Shown: positions 26,578 to 35,975 of the stretch, piece after piece
Layout: every line of letters begins with the position of its first letter
Numbering within the stretch: the first letter of the stretch is position 1
Origin: a virus
Lineage: Duplodnaviria > Caudoviricetes
Reading direction: 5' to 3' (one strand)
Virus record (IMG/VR): IMGVR_UViG_3300037847_006237
Coordinates: 1 to 58,778 of that record
DNA: 58,778 nucleotides
Program-made: the position numbers and the translations under genes
Notes under the pieces: generated by a model
What the model was told of the DNA's origin: nothing
The model's input: only the letters and a program-made list of their open reading frames with translations
The model's database searches: none

Positions 26578-28132
26578 CTTTGATATCAACGATTTTAATG
26601 ATTCAGAGGTTTGGGATTTGATTTGCGAGGGTAGAACTAAAGGCGTTTTTCAATTAGAATCCAACCTAGGAAAACATTGGGCTAAAGAAGTCGCTCCGAG
26701 AAACATTATTGAGTTAGCCGCAACGATCTCTTTGATTCGGCCGGGTACTCTCAAAGCTAAAGACGAGAAGACTAAGAAGAGCATGACGCAGCTTTATGCG
26801 TTTAGAAAAGCTGGTAATACTGATTACCCAGTAGAGTATCTGCATGAATCTTTGGAACCTATTCTAAAAGAAACCTATGGGGTGCTTGTTTATCAAGAAC
26901 AGTCTATGAAAATAGCGCAGCAGCTAGCTGGGTTTAATTTGAAAGAAGCAGACGACCTAAGAAAGGCTATTGGTAAAAAGAAAGCCGATCTAATGGAAGA
27001 GATTAAAAAGAAATTCGTGAAAGGAACGCAGGAACAAGGGACTGTTAGCCAAAAGGCAGCAGAAGAAATATTTTCTTGGATTGAAAAATCTAGCAGATAC
27101 GCCTTTAATAAAAGTCATGCCGTGGCATATGCGATTAATGCTTACTGGTCTGCTTATTGTAAAACCCACAGACTAAAAAGATTTTACAAAACGTATCTCA
27201 ATAGATCAGACAAAAAACCAAAGTCAGAAATAGAGATAAAGCAACTCATTATGGATGCAAAGTCAGCAGGTATAGAAGTATATCCTCCAAGGCTTTCTAG
27301 ATTGCAAACAGACTTTGAACTAGACGATAATAAGAATTTGATTTATTTTGGTCTCAGGCATGTAAAAGGTGTAGGCACTAAGGAATGTGAGAAAATTGAA
27401 ACCCTTGAAGACGTTTCTGAATACTCTTGGATGGATTGTATCACTAAAGTAATACATCCTTTAAAGATAAACAAGAGAGCGGCTATCGCAATGATATCTG
27501 TTGGAGCTTTTAGTGGTAAAAATAATAAAGAAAGCAGAAGAAAAATGCTCTATGAGTTCGATAGCTGGAAACAGCTTTCTGCTCGCGAACAGTCTGCCAT
27601 TGTAGAAAACCAGAAAGAACCAAGCACAAGGTCCAAAACTCTTGCAGACGCAGTGGGAGTACTTATAGAAAACACCAAAATAAACTCTAGAAGAATGGAG
27701 ACCGTGATAAACGTTCAAAACTCTTTAAAAAATCCTTTTTATGACCTAGAAGATCATGCCGTCTCTATAGCGACTCAGGAAGCTAAGTTACTAGGATGTT
27801 CTTTAACGTGCAGCAAAGTAGACGATGCACAAGTGGCTACAGATTATTGCGAAGATGTAGCCAAAGGTTTAAAAAAGAAAAAGATAAGTTTAGCCGTTGT
27901 GATTAATTCTATCAGAGTGGTTAAAACAAGGAATGGAAAAAATCCTGGACAAGAAATGGCATTTCTTTCTGTAGAAGATAATAGCGGAGAATTAGAATCT
28001 GTGACAATTTTTCCAGAAACCTATGCCGAATATAAAAACGTTTTATTAGAAGAAAATACAGTGATGTTATTTTGTGAGCCTTCTAAGAAAGAAAAGGGAT
28101 CAGTAATCGTAAACAAAGCAATGCAAATTTGA
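26567..28132 (+). CDS. dnaE: DNA polymerase III alpha (DnaE), C-terminal half: fingers, HhH and OB domains
   Basis: GVFQLES, LIRPG, ETYGVLVYQEQ, ADDLRKAIGKK, YAFNKSHAVAY, FGL..VKGVG, MAFLSVED..G..E..IFP. Own RBS (GAGGAAG) before ATG 26567. Confidence 0.93.
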   Translation: MKNNFDINDFNDSEVWDLICEGRTKGVFQLESNLGKHWAKEVAPRNIIELAATISLIRPGTLKAKDEKTKKSMTQLYAFRKAGNTDYPVEYLHESLEPILKETYGVLVYQEQSMKIAQQLAGFNLKEADDLRKAIGKKKADLMEEIKKKFVKGTQEQGTVSQKAAEEIFSWIEKSSRYAFNKSHAVAYAINAYWSAYCKTHRLKRFYKTYLNRSDKKPKSEIEIKQLIMDAKSAGIEVYPPRLSRLQTDFELDDNKNLIYFGLRHVKGVGTKECEKIETLEDVSEYSWMDCITKVIHPLKINKRAAIAMISVGAFSGKNNKESRRKMLYEFDSWKQLSAREQSAIVENQKEPSTRSKTLADAVGVLIENTKINSRRMETVINVQNSLKNPFYDLEDHAVSIATQEAKLLGCSLTCSKVDDAQVATDYCEDVAKGLKKKKISLAVVINSIRVVKTRNGKNPGQEMAFLSVEDNSGELESVTIFPETYAEYKNVLLEENTVMLFCEPSKKEKGSVIVNKAMQI

Positions 28133-28139
28133 GGTAAAT

Positions 28140-28487
28140 ATGAATAAATGTACTTTTTTAGGTCGTCTGAATCCAGACATAGAAATAGAATTTACAGACG
28201 GGAAAACTCCACATATAATTTTTTCTATGGACGTAGAATCTTTTAGGAAAAGTAAAAACGGTAAAAAGAAGAGAGAATATAACTGTCTAGAGTTTGAAGC
28301 TTGGGATACAGCCGCTTTAACCATACGAGAAAAATTAAAATCAGACTGCACCATGTTGGTAGAATGTGAGGCTAGATCCACCTTCACCTTCTGCGGTGAT
28401 AGCGATTCGGAATTGGATAAAACTTATTTTAGAGTTCTTAGTTTTAAAATATTCCACGCTAATAAGGATTGGGGAAATGAGAAATAA
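28140..28487 (+). CDS. Single-stranded DNA-binding protein-like (OB fold, lacks the acidic tail)
   Basis: MNKCTFLGRL..D.E and FEAWDTAA are SSB-like; GAGG RBS. Confidence 0.6.
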   Translation: MNKCTFLGRLNPDIEIEFTDGKTPHIIFSMDVESFRKSKNGKKKREYNCLEFEAWDTAALTIREKLKSDCTMLVECEARSTFTFCGDSDSELDKTYFRVLSFKIFHANKDWGNEK

Positions 28488-30114
28488 AAAAGTTCTGTTT
28501 GTTTCCGAGGCTTCATGGCTTCCTACTGGATACTCTGTATATACAAATGAAGTTTTATCTAGGCTAAATAAAGTAGACGGAATAGAGGTTGCTGAAATCT
28601 CCACTTTTGCCGATGTTAATGATCTTAAAAAAAATCCTAGAGAATGGAAGGCTTATGCAAACAAACCACTAAAAACAGACCCGATATATGAAAAATACAG
28701 CAGTAGCGTATCTTGTCAGTTTGGAGACATGGTATTTAATCAGGCTTTGTTAGATTTTCAGCCGGATATCGTTATGGATATTCGCGATTGGTGGATGATG
28801 GAATTTGAACAAAGGTCTCCATTTAGAAACTTCTTCCATTGGGCGATCATGCCCACCGTAGACGCATCACCCCAAGATCAGCAATGGATCAACACATACG
28901 CTTCTGCCGACTCTGTTCTTACTTACAGCGAGTTTGGAAGAGACGTTCTTAAATCTCAATCAGACGATATCAACTTTATTGGCATGGCTCCTCCATCTGC
29001 TAGTCAAGACTTTTTTCCAGTTGAGGACAAGGGCAAACATAAGGAATCTATGGGTATCTCTAGAGACTGTACTATCGTTGGAACCGTAATGCGAAATCAA
29101 AGACGCAAACTTTATCCAGACCTATTCAAGAGTTTTAGAGAGACGCTAGATAGAACAAAGAACGATAATCTTTTTCTACATTGTCATACCTATTATCCAG
29201 ACTCAGGATGGGACATACCCGCACTGATACAGGAGTATGGTCTTTCTGGAAGGGTCACAATGACATATAAGTGCAGAGATTGTGGTAACATATCCATAGA
29301 GACTTTTCAAAACTCTATGAAGTTCTGTAGTAAATGCAATTCATTTAACAATCATTTGGTGGGAATAAATAATCCAATCAACACAAAAGAACTGGCAAGC
29401 ATTTACAATATTTTTGATCTATATGTGCAGTATGCAAACAGTGAAGGGTTTGGTATGCCACAACTTGAAGCCGCACAGTGTGGTGTCCCTGTTATTTCTG
29501 TGCGATATTCCGCTATGGAGTCTATTATAGATAATATAGAAGCTTGGGGAGTAGAACCATTATGTATGGTTAAAGAGGTAGAAACCGGATGCAATAGAGC
29601 AGTTCCAAATAATGAAGAGTTTGTAGACCTACTGTCTACATTAACGCATCCAGACAAAGACCTAGCCGCCGAAGGAAGTCGTCAGCGAGACTTAGCTATG
29701 CAAAAATATAGCTGGGATCAAACTGCTAAAGTTTGGGAAGAAAGAATTAAAGAAATAGAATTTAAAGACCGTAAAGAAACTTGGGAAAGTCCTGCTGATA
29801 TAAAAATGCCAAGCAAAGAGATTCCAAAAAACCTAACACCCACACAAAAAGCAGATTATCTGTTTGATTATGTTTTGTGCCGCCCAGAAATGAAGGGTGG
29901 GTTCTTATGGAGAAAAGTTCTTAAAGACCTGACCTTCGGATTTAGAAGACCTAATGCGGATTCAGATTTTTACTTTAACGAAAGTCATGTAAAGTCTGTT
30001 AAAGAAACGTCGCTATTTTCTTTTGAGGATGCGCATAGAGAGCTTTATAATTTGAGGATGCAGATAAATGAGTGGGAACAGGCAAGAATAGAAAAACTAA
30101 GAGGTTTATCGTGA
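28477..30114 (+). CDS. GT-B (GT4-like) glycosyltransferase with a zinc-ribbon insert
   Basis: TGYS, RNQRRK.YP.L, YNIFDLYV..SEGFGMPQLEAAQCGVP; insert CRDC..CSKC. Confidence 0.85.
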   Translation: MRNKKVLFVSEASWLPTGYSVYTNEVLSRLNKVDGIEVAEISTFADVNDLKKNPREWKAYANKPLKTDPIYEKYSSSVSCQFGDMVFNQALLDFQPDIVMDIRDWWMMEFEQRSPFRNFFHWAIMPTVDASPQDQQWINTYASADSVLTYSEFGRDVLKSQSDDINFIGMAPPSASQDFFPVEDKGKHKESMGISRDCTIVGTVMRNQRRKLYPDLFKSFRETLDRTKNDNLFLHCHTYYPDSGWDIPALIQEYGLSGRVTMTYKCRDCGNISIETFQNSMKFCSKCNSFNNHLVGINNPINTKELASIYNIFDLYVQYANSEGFGMPQLEAAQCGVPVISVRYSAMESIIDNIEAWGVEPLCMVKEVETGCNRAVPNNEEFVDLLSTLTHPDKDLAAEGSRQRDLAMQKYSWDQTAKVWEERIKEIEFKDRKETWESPADIKMPSKEIPKNLTPTQKADYLFDYVLCRPEMKGGFLWRKVLKDLTFGFRRPNADSDFYFNESHVKSVKETSLFSFEDAHRELYNLRMQINEWEQARIEKLRGLS

Positions 30115-31199
30115 AAGTATTATACATAGGAAACTACAAAGATCAAACTGGGTGGGGCGATGCCTCGCTCAACAATATATTAGCTATGGATAAGGCGGGA
30201 GTCGATGTTGTTCCTAGAGCAATCACCTATAATAATAGGGCTGGCTTTGACAACGATAGAATCCTACAGCTTGAAGAAAAGAGTGCCGATGGATGCGATG
30301 TTTGTATTCAACATGTGTTGCCACATCTTTACAACTATGATTCAAATTTTAAGCTAAATGTTGGATTTTTAGAATCTGAAACATTGGATCTTAAATATAG
30401 CGGCTGGAACAATTACGCTTCTATTATGGATGAGATATGGGTTCCTAGCAACGCCTGTAAGAAATCTCTAGACATAGAAAAGCCGGTTCATATTATTCCT
30501 CATTGTCTAGACTTTTCAAAATATCAAGATACGCAGTCTGGAAATAAAATAGAAAACCTCATGGGAACATATAATTTTGTTTTTATAGGAGAGTTTATTG
30601 AAAGAAAGAACCTCAAAGCTTTGATTAGGGCTTTTCATACAGAGTTTAAACCTTGGGAAAACGTAAACCTATATATCAAGACTTCTGGGGCAGATCTTGC
30701 CGTCGTTCAAAATTTCTGCAACCAAATAAAGCGTGGACTAAAAGTTTCTGAGAACTACAAAGAAGAAGTTGTGATATGTGGAAAGCTAGACAAGGAAGAC
30801 TATATATCAACACTCGCTCAATGCCACTGCTTCGTTATGCCTAGTTACGGAGAAGCTTTCTGCATACCTGCGCTGGAGGCTTCTGCAATTGGGCTAGAGT
30901 GTCTTTGGACGGAAGGCATAGGAGTAGAAGATTTTGCTACGGGCGGAGACGTAGAGTCTTGTGAAGAGCCTTGTTTTGGCGGAACCGCATCGCTCAGAAA
31001 TTTGTATACTGCAAAAAATAAATGGTTAACAATTAACATCGAAAAGTTACAAGAAGCAATGAGAAACCGTTTCAATAATTACAAAAACGGTAATCGTGTG
31101 GACGTAGGTACTAAATGGGAAAGATGTAGTCACGAAAACGTAGGAAAGATGATCAGAGAAAGACTAGAGCAAGGAGTGAAAGATGCCAGCAATCGCTAA
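30111..31199 (+). CDS. GT4-like glycosyltransferase
   Basis: GTG start; TGWG, MDEIWVPS, ERKNL..LIRAF, FVMPSYGEAFCIPALEA. Confidence 0.85.
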   Translation: MKVLYIGNYKDQTGWGDASLNNILAMDKAGVDVVPRAITYNNRAGFDNDRILQLEEKSADGCDVCIQHVLPHLYNYDSNFKLNVGFLESETLDLKYSGWNNYASIMDEIWVPSNACKKSLDIEKPVHIIPHCLDFSKYQDTQSGNKIENLMGTYNFVFIGEFIERKNLKALIRAFHTEFKPWENVNLYIKTSGADLAVVQNFCNQIKRGLKVSENYKEEVVICGKLDKEDYISTLAQCHCFVMPSYGEAFCIPALEASAIGLECLWTEGIGVEDFATGGDVESCEEPCFGGTASLRNLYTAKNKWLTINIEKLQEAMRNRFNNYKNGNRVDVGTKWERCSHENVGKMIRERLEQGVKDASNR

Positions 31200-32205
31200 T
31201 CAAAGATCCGTAAGAAATATCACAAGAAGCGCACATAGGCCGGAAAAGCTAAATATTCTAACCTTTGCTACTCACGAAAGATACGAAGAAAACCTCTGTA
31301 AAACTGGTCACAACTTCTATTCATTAGCCATTGGTAAAACTTGGGATACGGACTATGCGCCCATTCCAGACAACTATCATATCGTAAACGCTATTCCTGA
31401 TTACGTTGATTTTGACTTAATTTTAACTCATACATCGTGTGACAGAATGTTTAAGGCTCACCAAGCCCTAACGGGCCTAGACGTTCTTCAAGGCAACAAA
31501 ACTGGAATTCCAATCCTTAGACACACCCATGTATTACCAGATATTAGGTTTGATGTTCCTGATCAAGCTTCCGCTTTTTGCAAATATCCTAGTGATAAGA
31601 ACTCATTTATATCTGAATACAACATGACGCAGTGGAACATGTCTAGAGCAACTTCCGCAAGTGTCGTAGAACACGGCGTTGACACCGACTTCTGGAAGCC
31701 CGATGACAGTGTAAAAAGGGATAACGTCTGTCTATCCGTGGTAAATGACTGGCCCAACAGAGACTGGTGTTGCGGCTTTAATCTATGGCGACAAACAACC
31801 CAAGATTTACCCGTAAGAGTTTTTGGAAAAAGTCCCGGTTTTTCGGAACCCGCAAATTCTACAGAACACCTAAGAGAAATTTATCAATCTTCAAGAATAT
31901 TTTATAATACTTCTTTACATTCTCCTGTTCCTAGTGTATTATTAGAAGCTATGTCGTGTGGGTGCGCCGTGGTTTCTACTAACAACTGTATGATACCTGA
32001 GATAATTGAGAATGGAAAAAATGGACTAGTATCAAACAACCCACAAGAACTGAGAGGGTGTTTAGAGCTTCTCCTTAAAAACCAAGATCTTGCAAAAGAA
32101 CTAGGAGATAACGCCAGAAAAACCATAGTCGAAAAATATAACCTTGAAAGATTTGTTAATAATTGGAACAACATACTTCACTCTACCGTAAATGAATACA
32201 AATAA
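31183..32205 (+). CDS. GT4-like glycosyltransferase
   Basis: HGVDTDFW, LLEAMSCGCAVVS, EIIENGKNG, LGDNARK. Confidence 0.85.
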   Translation: MPAIANQRSVRNITRSAHRPEKLNILTFATHERYEENLCKTGHNFYSLAIGKTWDTDYAPIPDNYHIVNAIPDYVDFDLILTHTSCDRMFKAHQALTGLDVLQGNKTGIPILRHTHVLPDIRFDVPDQASAFCKYPSDKNSFISEYNMTQWNMSRATSASVVEHGVDTDFWKPDDSVKRDNVCLSVVNDWPNRDWCCGFNLWRQTTQDLPVRVFGKSPGFSEPANSTEHLREIYQSSRIFYNTSLHSPVPSVLLEAMSCGCAVVSTNNCMIPEIIENGKNGLVSNNPQELRGCLELLLKNQDLAKELGDNARKTIVEKYNLERFVNNWNNILHSTVNEYK

Positions 32206-32214
32206 GGAATTTTT

Positions 32215-32634
32215 ATGAGAATCAAATTAGTAGGAAGAGGCTCAAAATCCCAAGAAAAGGGAGGAATGGGCGTAAGTCAATTAAACTCAGATGTTTTGGA
32301 TAGTGAGGCAACAGAAGTCTTGCTAGACAGCTTTCTGTGTGAGTTTTCTATAACAGAAATAAAAAAACTTATGGAACTTATAGGAAGTAAGTGCAGAATG
32401 GGGTGCGTCATGACTATAATAGAGACAGACTTTGATATTGTTTTTTCAAACGTCGCTATTGGTACTGAAAGCCTAGACTCTGTTAATTCACGCCTAGCGC
32501 AAACCAAAGGTATTAAAAGCTTGCTTACAACAAACATGGTATCCAACATAATTCCGCCAAGCTTTAAGATTACAAATAAGCATTTTAATTCAGAAGATTC
32601 AACGGTAACAATAAAAGCCAAGAGAGTAAAATGA
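32215..32634 (+). CDS. Degenerate class I methyltransferase-like protein
   Basis: DSEATEVLLDSFLCEF..L..I.SKCRMG..MTI.ETDFD echoes the D..DEI...LEH..L.PGG...PDF pattern; there is no clear SAM-binding motif. Confidence 0.35.
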   Translation: MRIKLVGRGSKSQEKGGMGVSQLNSDVLDSEATEVLLDSFLCEFSITEIKKLMELIGSKCRMGCVMTIIETDFDIVFSNVAIGTESLDSVNSRLAQTKGIKSLLTTNMVSNIIPPSFKITNKHFNSEDSTVTIKAKRVK

Positions 32635-33428
32635 TAGAAACTACATGCAAAGACTGTGTTTTCGCACAGCGTGAAAACGATAAGCAGTACGGGTGTCAAT
32701 TAAATAGATTAGAAAAGTTGGGATTTCGCGAAAGCAATGTCCCACCCTTCGGGGATGGCAAATCTTTTACTGTAGAAAGGTTCTGCAACACTGCAAGACC
32801 TCAAGAGTGGTTAGATTCCTTGTCTTTTGAAGAAAGTCTAGATATCAAGAAAACCGTTATGAAAGAGGTTTATCCTAGAGTTGGAATTTTAATAAATTTT
32901 GATACAGAACAAGACCAGCCTCTTGAAAAACTACAGCATAGCATTTCTCAGTTACTTTCTCAGGAGTATGTACCAAGATATGTCATCGTTTGTAACGAAA
33001 AAGTAGAGTACAATGAAGCTATACAAGAAATGTTAGCTTCTAAACTTCCAGAAAGCACAGAACACCATATTGTTCAACTGGTTAGAAAATTTGAAGATAA
33101 AACACAAATTATAGACGAGTGCTTTAGACATGCTCTGAATGGATGGGTGTATGTAACAACCTGCGGAGAAGAAATTCCAAATACTTTAATGCAGACGTTA
33201 AACAGAATAATAAATGAAGACATGGAAAAGATTACAATTGTCAAGCCTTATGACGGATTCAACGGCATGATATTTCAAGCTGCCCTCTTTAAATTCTTAA
33301 ATGGAAACAGGCCAAAAGCTTGGACCGTGGAAGAAATAGACGATAGACCGTTTTTAGAAAAGGCCAAAGACCTAGACAAAGAAAATACTATTATGTCTTG
33401 GGAGGACTTTAATGAAAAACTATCCTAA
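32631..33428 (+). CDS. Hypothetical protein with an N-terminal Cys cluster and GT-A-like remainder
   Basis: CKDC..C...C at the N-terminus; LLSQ..P..VIVCN resembles a GT2 start. Confidence 0.45.
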   Translation: MIETTCKDCVFAQRENDKQYGCQLNRLEKLGFRESNVPPFGDGKSFTVERFCNTARPQEWLDSLSFEESLDIKKTVMKEVYPRVGILINFDTEQDQPLEKLQHSISQLLSQEYVPRYVIVCNEKVEYNEAIQEMLASKLPESTEHHIVQLVRKFEDKTQIIDECFRHALNGWVYVTTCGEEIPNTLMQTLNRIINEDMEKITIVKPYDGFNGMIFQAALFKFLNGNRPKAWTVEEIDDRPFLEKAKDLDKENTIMSWEDFNEKLS

Positions 33429-34239
33429 CGTAGCGGTCATCATATCTAATTATAATTATGGAGAATTTGTTTTAGATGCTGTTAAAAGCATAGAAAATCA
33501 AACCTACAAAGGGGATATTAGAATCTATTTGGTGGATGACGGCTCAACAGACGGATCTTGGGAAAAGATTAAAGACTACTTAATCGAACCCAACTCCGCA
33601 GATATTGGGCCGTGCGTAGGAGAACTATCCACTCCTTGCGGAAAGCAAAAAATAAACATCATAGAAAAAGAAAAAAGCCAATTTATAAGAATAGAAAACT
33701 CTGGTGCTAGTAATGCTAGAAATGTGGCGATTTATAGTGCTATGGACTGGGCAGACATGTTTGCTATACTAGACGCAGACGACGAATATAAACCAGAAAA
33801 AATCAGCAAGCTTGTAGAAGTATTGGAGCTAGACCCTCTCATTGGTGTAGCTTATGCAGATTACGACATCATCAAAACATATGGAGGTAACGCCTACACA
33901 AAAGAAGAGCTAAAAGAATCTTACTCAAGAGAAAAACTTATGCAGAGATGCATTGTTCATAGTGGAGCATTGATTAAAAAAGAATATATTAAATCTATTA
34001 TTCTTCCTAATGGAGAAATATACAAAACAAAACTTCATGGCCCAGCAAGCCAAGGCTTTATAGGATGTACAGAAGATTACGACCTATGGATAAGGCTATC
34101 AGATCATTGTATAATGGCGCATGTTGCAGAGAGTCTTTCTGTAGTCAGAGAAACTGGTCAAAACCAGTCTATGAAGATGACTACTGAAATATTTAATCAA
34201 AATGCAAAGATTATAGGATCTAAAAATGCCAGCGTATAG
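33412..34239 (+). CDS. GT2 family glycosyltransferase
   Basis: VIISNYNY, VDDGSTDGS, G.S.ARN, ILDADD, EDYDLW.RL. Confidence 0.92.
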   Translation: MKNYPNVAVIISNYNYGEFVLDAVKSIENQTYKGDIRIYLVDDGSTDGSWEKIKDYLIEPNSADIGPCVGELSTPCGKQKINIIEKEKSQFIRIENSGASNARNVAIYSAMDWADMFAILDADDEYKPEKISKLVEVLELDPLIGVAYADYDIIKTYGGNAYTKEELKESYSREKLMQRCIVHSGALIKKEYIKSIILPNGEIYKTKLHGPASQGFIGCTEDYDLWIRLSDHCIMAHVAESLSVVRETGQNQSMKMTTEIFNQNAKIIGSKNASV

Positions 34240-34951
34240 TAAGTCGGTAACTACAATAAGAAAACATAAAGATTCTGAAAATGTCGGATTTGCAATACTT
34301 TCGGCTGGCGTGGGATCTAGAATAAAGACATACGAACCCAGAAGTTTAATAAAAATAAAAGACAAAAGCTTGATAGATCATCAAGTAAATGCTATTGAGT
34401 CTAAGTTTAAAGATCCAGAGATAATAGGCGTGTTTGGTCCCAACATGCCTAAAATAGTTAAAAACATTGGTCGAAACGTTAGAATTGTAGAAAATCAACT
34501 TTATGAAACAACTAACAATTCAGAAAGTCTAAGGCTTGCTCTAAATAATTCTGTAAAAAACAGCCTAATGTTTATTCATGGAGATATTCTTATAGACGAA
34601 ACGTTTTTTAGTTCGCTAAACTTCAACAGGTCTTTTGTTGTATATGAAGACAGAGGAATGATGGACGAAAAAGAAGTGGGCCTTACAATTATGAAAAACA
34701 AAGCAACTATTCTTTCTTATGGTTTAGAAGAAAAGTGGTGTCAGGCAGCCTTCTTTAAAGGTAAAGAACTTAAAATACTAAGAAATATTTTTAACTCATT
34801 TACCAAGCAGGACAAGAAGATGCTGACTTTTGAAGTGATAAACAAAATTATTGATTCTGGCGGAACCTTCCAAGCTCAAAAACTAGAGAAAAGCAAAATA
34901 TTAGAGATAGACTGCATAAAGGATATAAAGAATGAAAATATTAATCTGTAG
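34226..34951 (+). CDS. Sugar/choline-phosphate nucleotidyltransferase (LicC-like)
   Basis: ILSAGVGSR..EPRSL, N..YETTN..SL, HGD, EID..D. Confidence 0.7.
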   Translation: MPAYSKSVTTIRKHKDSENVGFAILSAGVGSRIKTYEPRSLIKIKDKSLIDHQVNAIESKFKDPEIIGVFGPNMPKIVKNIGRNVRIVENQLYETTNNSESLRLALNNSVKNSLMFIHGDILIDETFFSSLNFNRSFVVYEDRGMMDEKEVGLTIMKNKATILSYGLEEKWCQAAFFKGKELKILRNIFNSFTKQDKKMLTFEVINKIIDSGGTFQAQKLEKSKILEIDCIKDIKNENINL

Positions 34952-35975
34952 CGATGGATACCACGCTCACTACTTTCAAAGAATGGCTTGGGCAAACGCA
35001 TTTAGCGCAATGGGATTTCAGGTTCATGTATGGGATAAAACAAAGACCAACGCTTTTGACATGTTTGATATGTTTGAACCAGATATATTTATGGGTCAGG
35101 CTTACAATCTAGACGAGTCTTTAATAAAGTGTATCTATGAAAGACCACACCTAAAAGTAGGGCTACGTGCTGGCGACTGGGGCGATCATGAGAAAGAGGT
35201 AGACAAATCAAGATACAATATTCTATTCTGTTCTAAGAAAGAAAAAGAGCTACTTAAAAAACTCAAGGACGAAACAGGAAAACCAGATTTTGTACATATT
35301 CATTATAATGATGCCGACATTAAAAGAACTCATAACTATTTTGAAACAATCGGAATCAAGCCGGTTTCGTTGATGATGTGCGCAGATACGGCAGCGTATG
35401 GCGGCGCTCAAGTTGATGAAAAACTAAAATGCGATATTGGTTTTGTTGGAGGGTACTGGCCTTATAAGGGTCAAGTTATTGATCGCTACCTTACTCCACT
35501 TTTATATCCACTTGATCGTTACAATGTAAAAATATTTGGTAATCAGCCTTGGGGCGTAAATCAATATTGTGGCCTTATAGATGATAATGATGTAAAGAAT
35601 CTGTTTGTTTCTGCTAAGATATGTCCTAATCTTAGCGAACCTCATGCACAAGCATATGGCATAGATATAAATGAAAGAATATTCAAGATTCTGTATGCGG
35701 GCGGCTTCTGTATTAGTGATAATGTAGAAGCATACAAGATGTTTGGTGATGGTATTGTAATTGCAGATTCTCCAGATGATTTTAGAGATAAAATTGAACA
35801 CTATAAAAACGCCGCTGACGAAAGAAGCGCATATGCGCAGCGAGGTCAAAAGCTTGTTGCGGAAAACCATACAGGATTTCACAGAATTGCAACAATTATG
35901 AAAGAGTTTGATTATGAAGATTTGTCTTTTGGTATTCTAAAAGCTTATAAGGATGCGTTAAATGAGCAAAAGTAA
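34932..35975 (+). CDS. CgeB-like (Glyco_trans_1_2) glycosyltransferase
   Basis: CDIGFVG, SAKICPN, INERIF.I..AGGF.ISD, HT..HR. Confidence 0.8.
   Translation: MKILICSDGYHAHYFQRMAWANAFSAMGFQVHVWDKTKTNAFDMFDMFEPDIFMGQAYNLDESLIKCIYERPHLKVGLRAGDWGDHEKEVDKSRYNILFCSKKEKELLKKLKDETGKPDFVHIHYNDADIKRTHNYFETIGIKPVSLMMCADTAAYGGAQVDEKLKCDIGFVGGYWPYKGQVIDRYLTPLLYPLDRYNVKIFGNQPWGVNQYCGLIDDNDVKNLFVSAKICPNLSEPHAQAYGIDINERIFKILYAGGFCISDNVEAYKMFGDGIVIADSPDDFRDKIEHYKNAADERSAYAQRGQKLVAENHTGFHRIATIMKEFDYEDLSFGILKAYKDALNEQK

Noticed and set aside
25490-26580. dnaE as a pseudogene or sequencing frameshift
   Set aside because: Both halves keep all polymerase motifs, the C-half has its own RBS, and the halves are separated by ~1 kb of intact genes rather than by an indel.
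25440-27125. Split intein or self-splicing intron joining the DnaE halves
   Set aside because: No intein N-terminal (C/S) block after the N-extein, no HN-C/S/T junction in the C-half, and YAFNKSH is uninterrupted. The gap is fully occupied by coupled ORFs with no room for intron structure.
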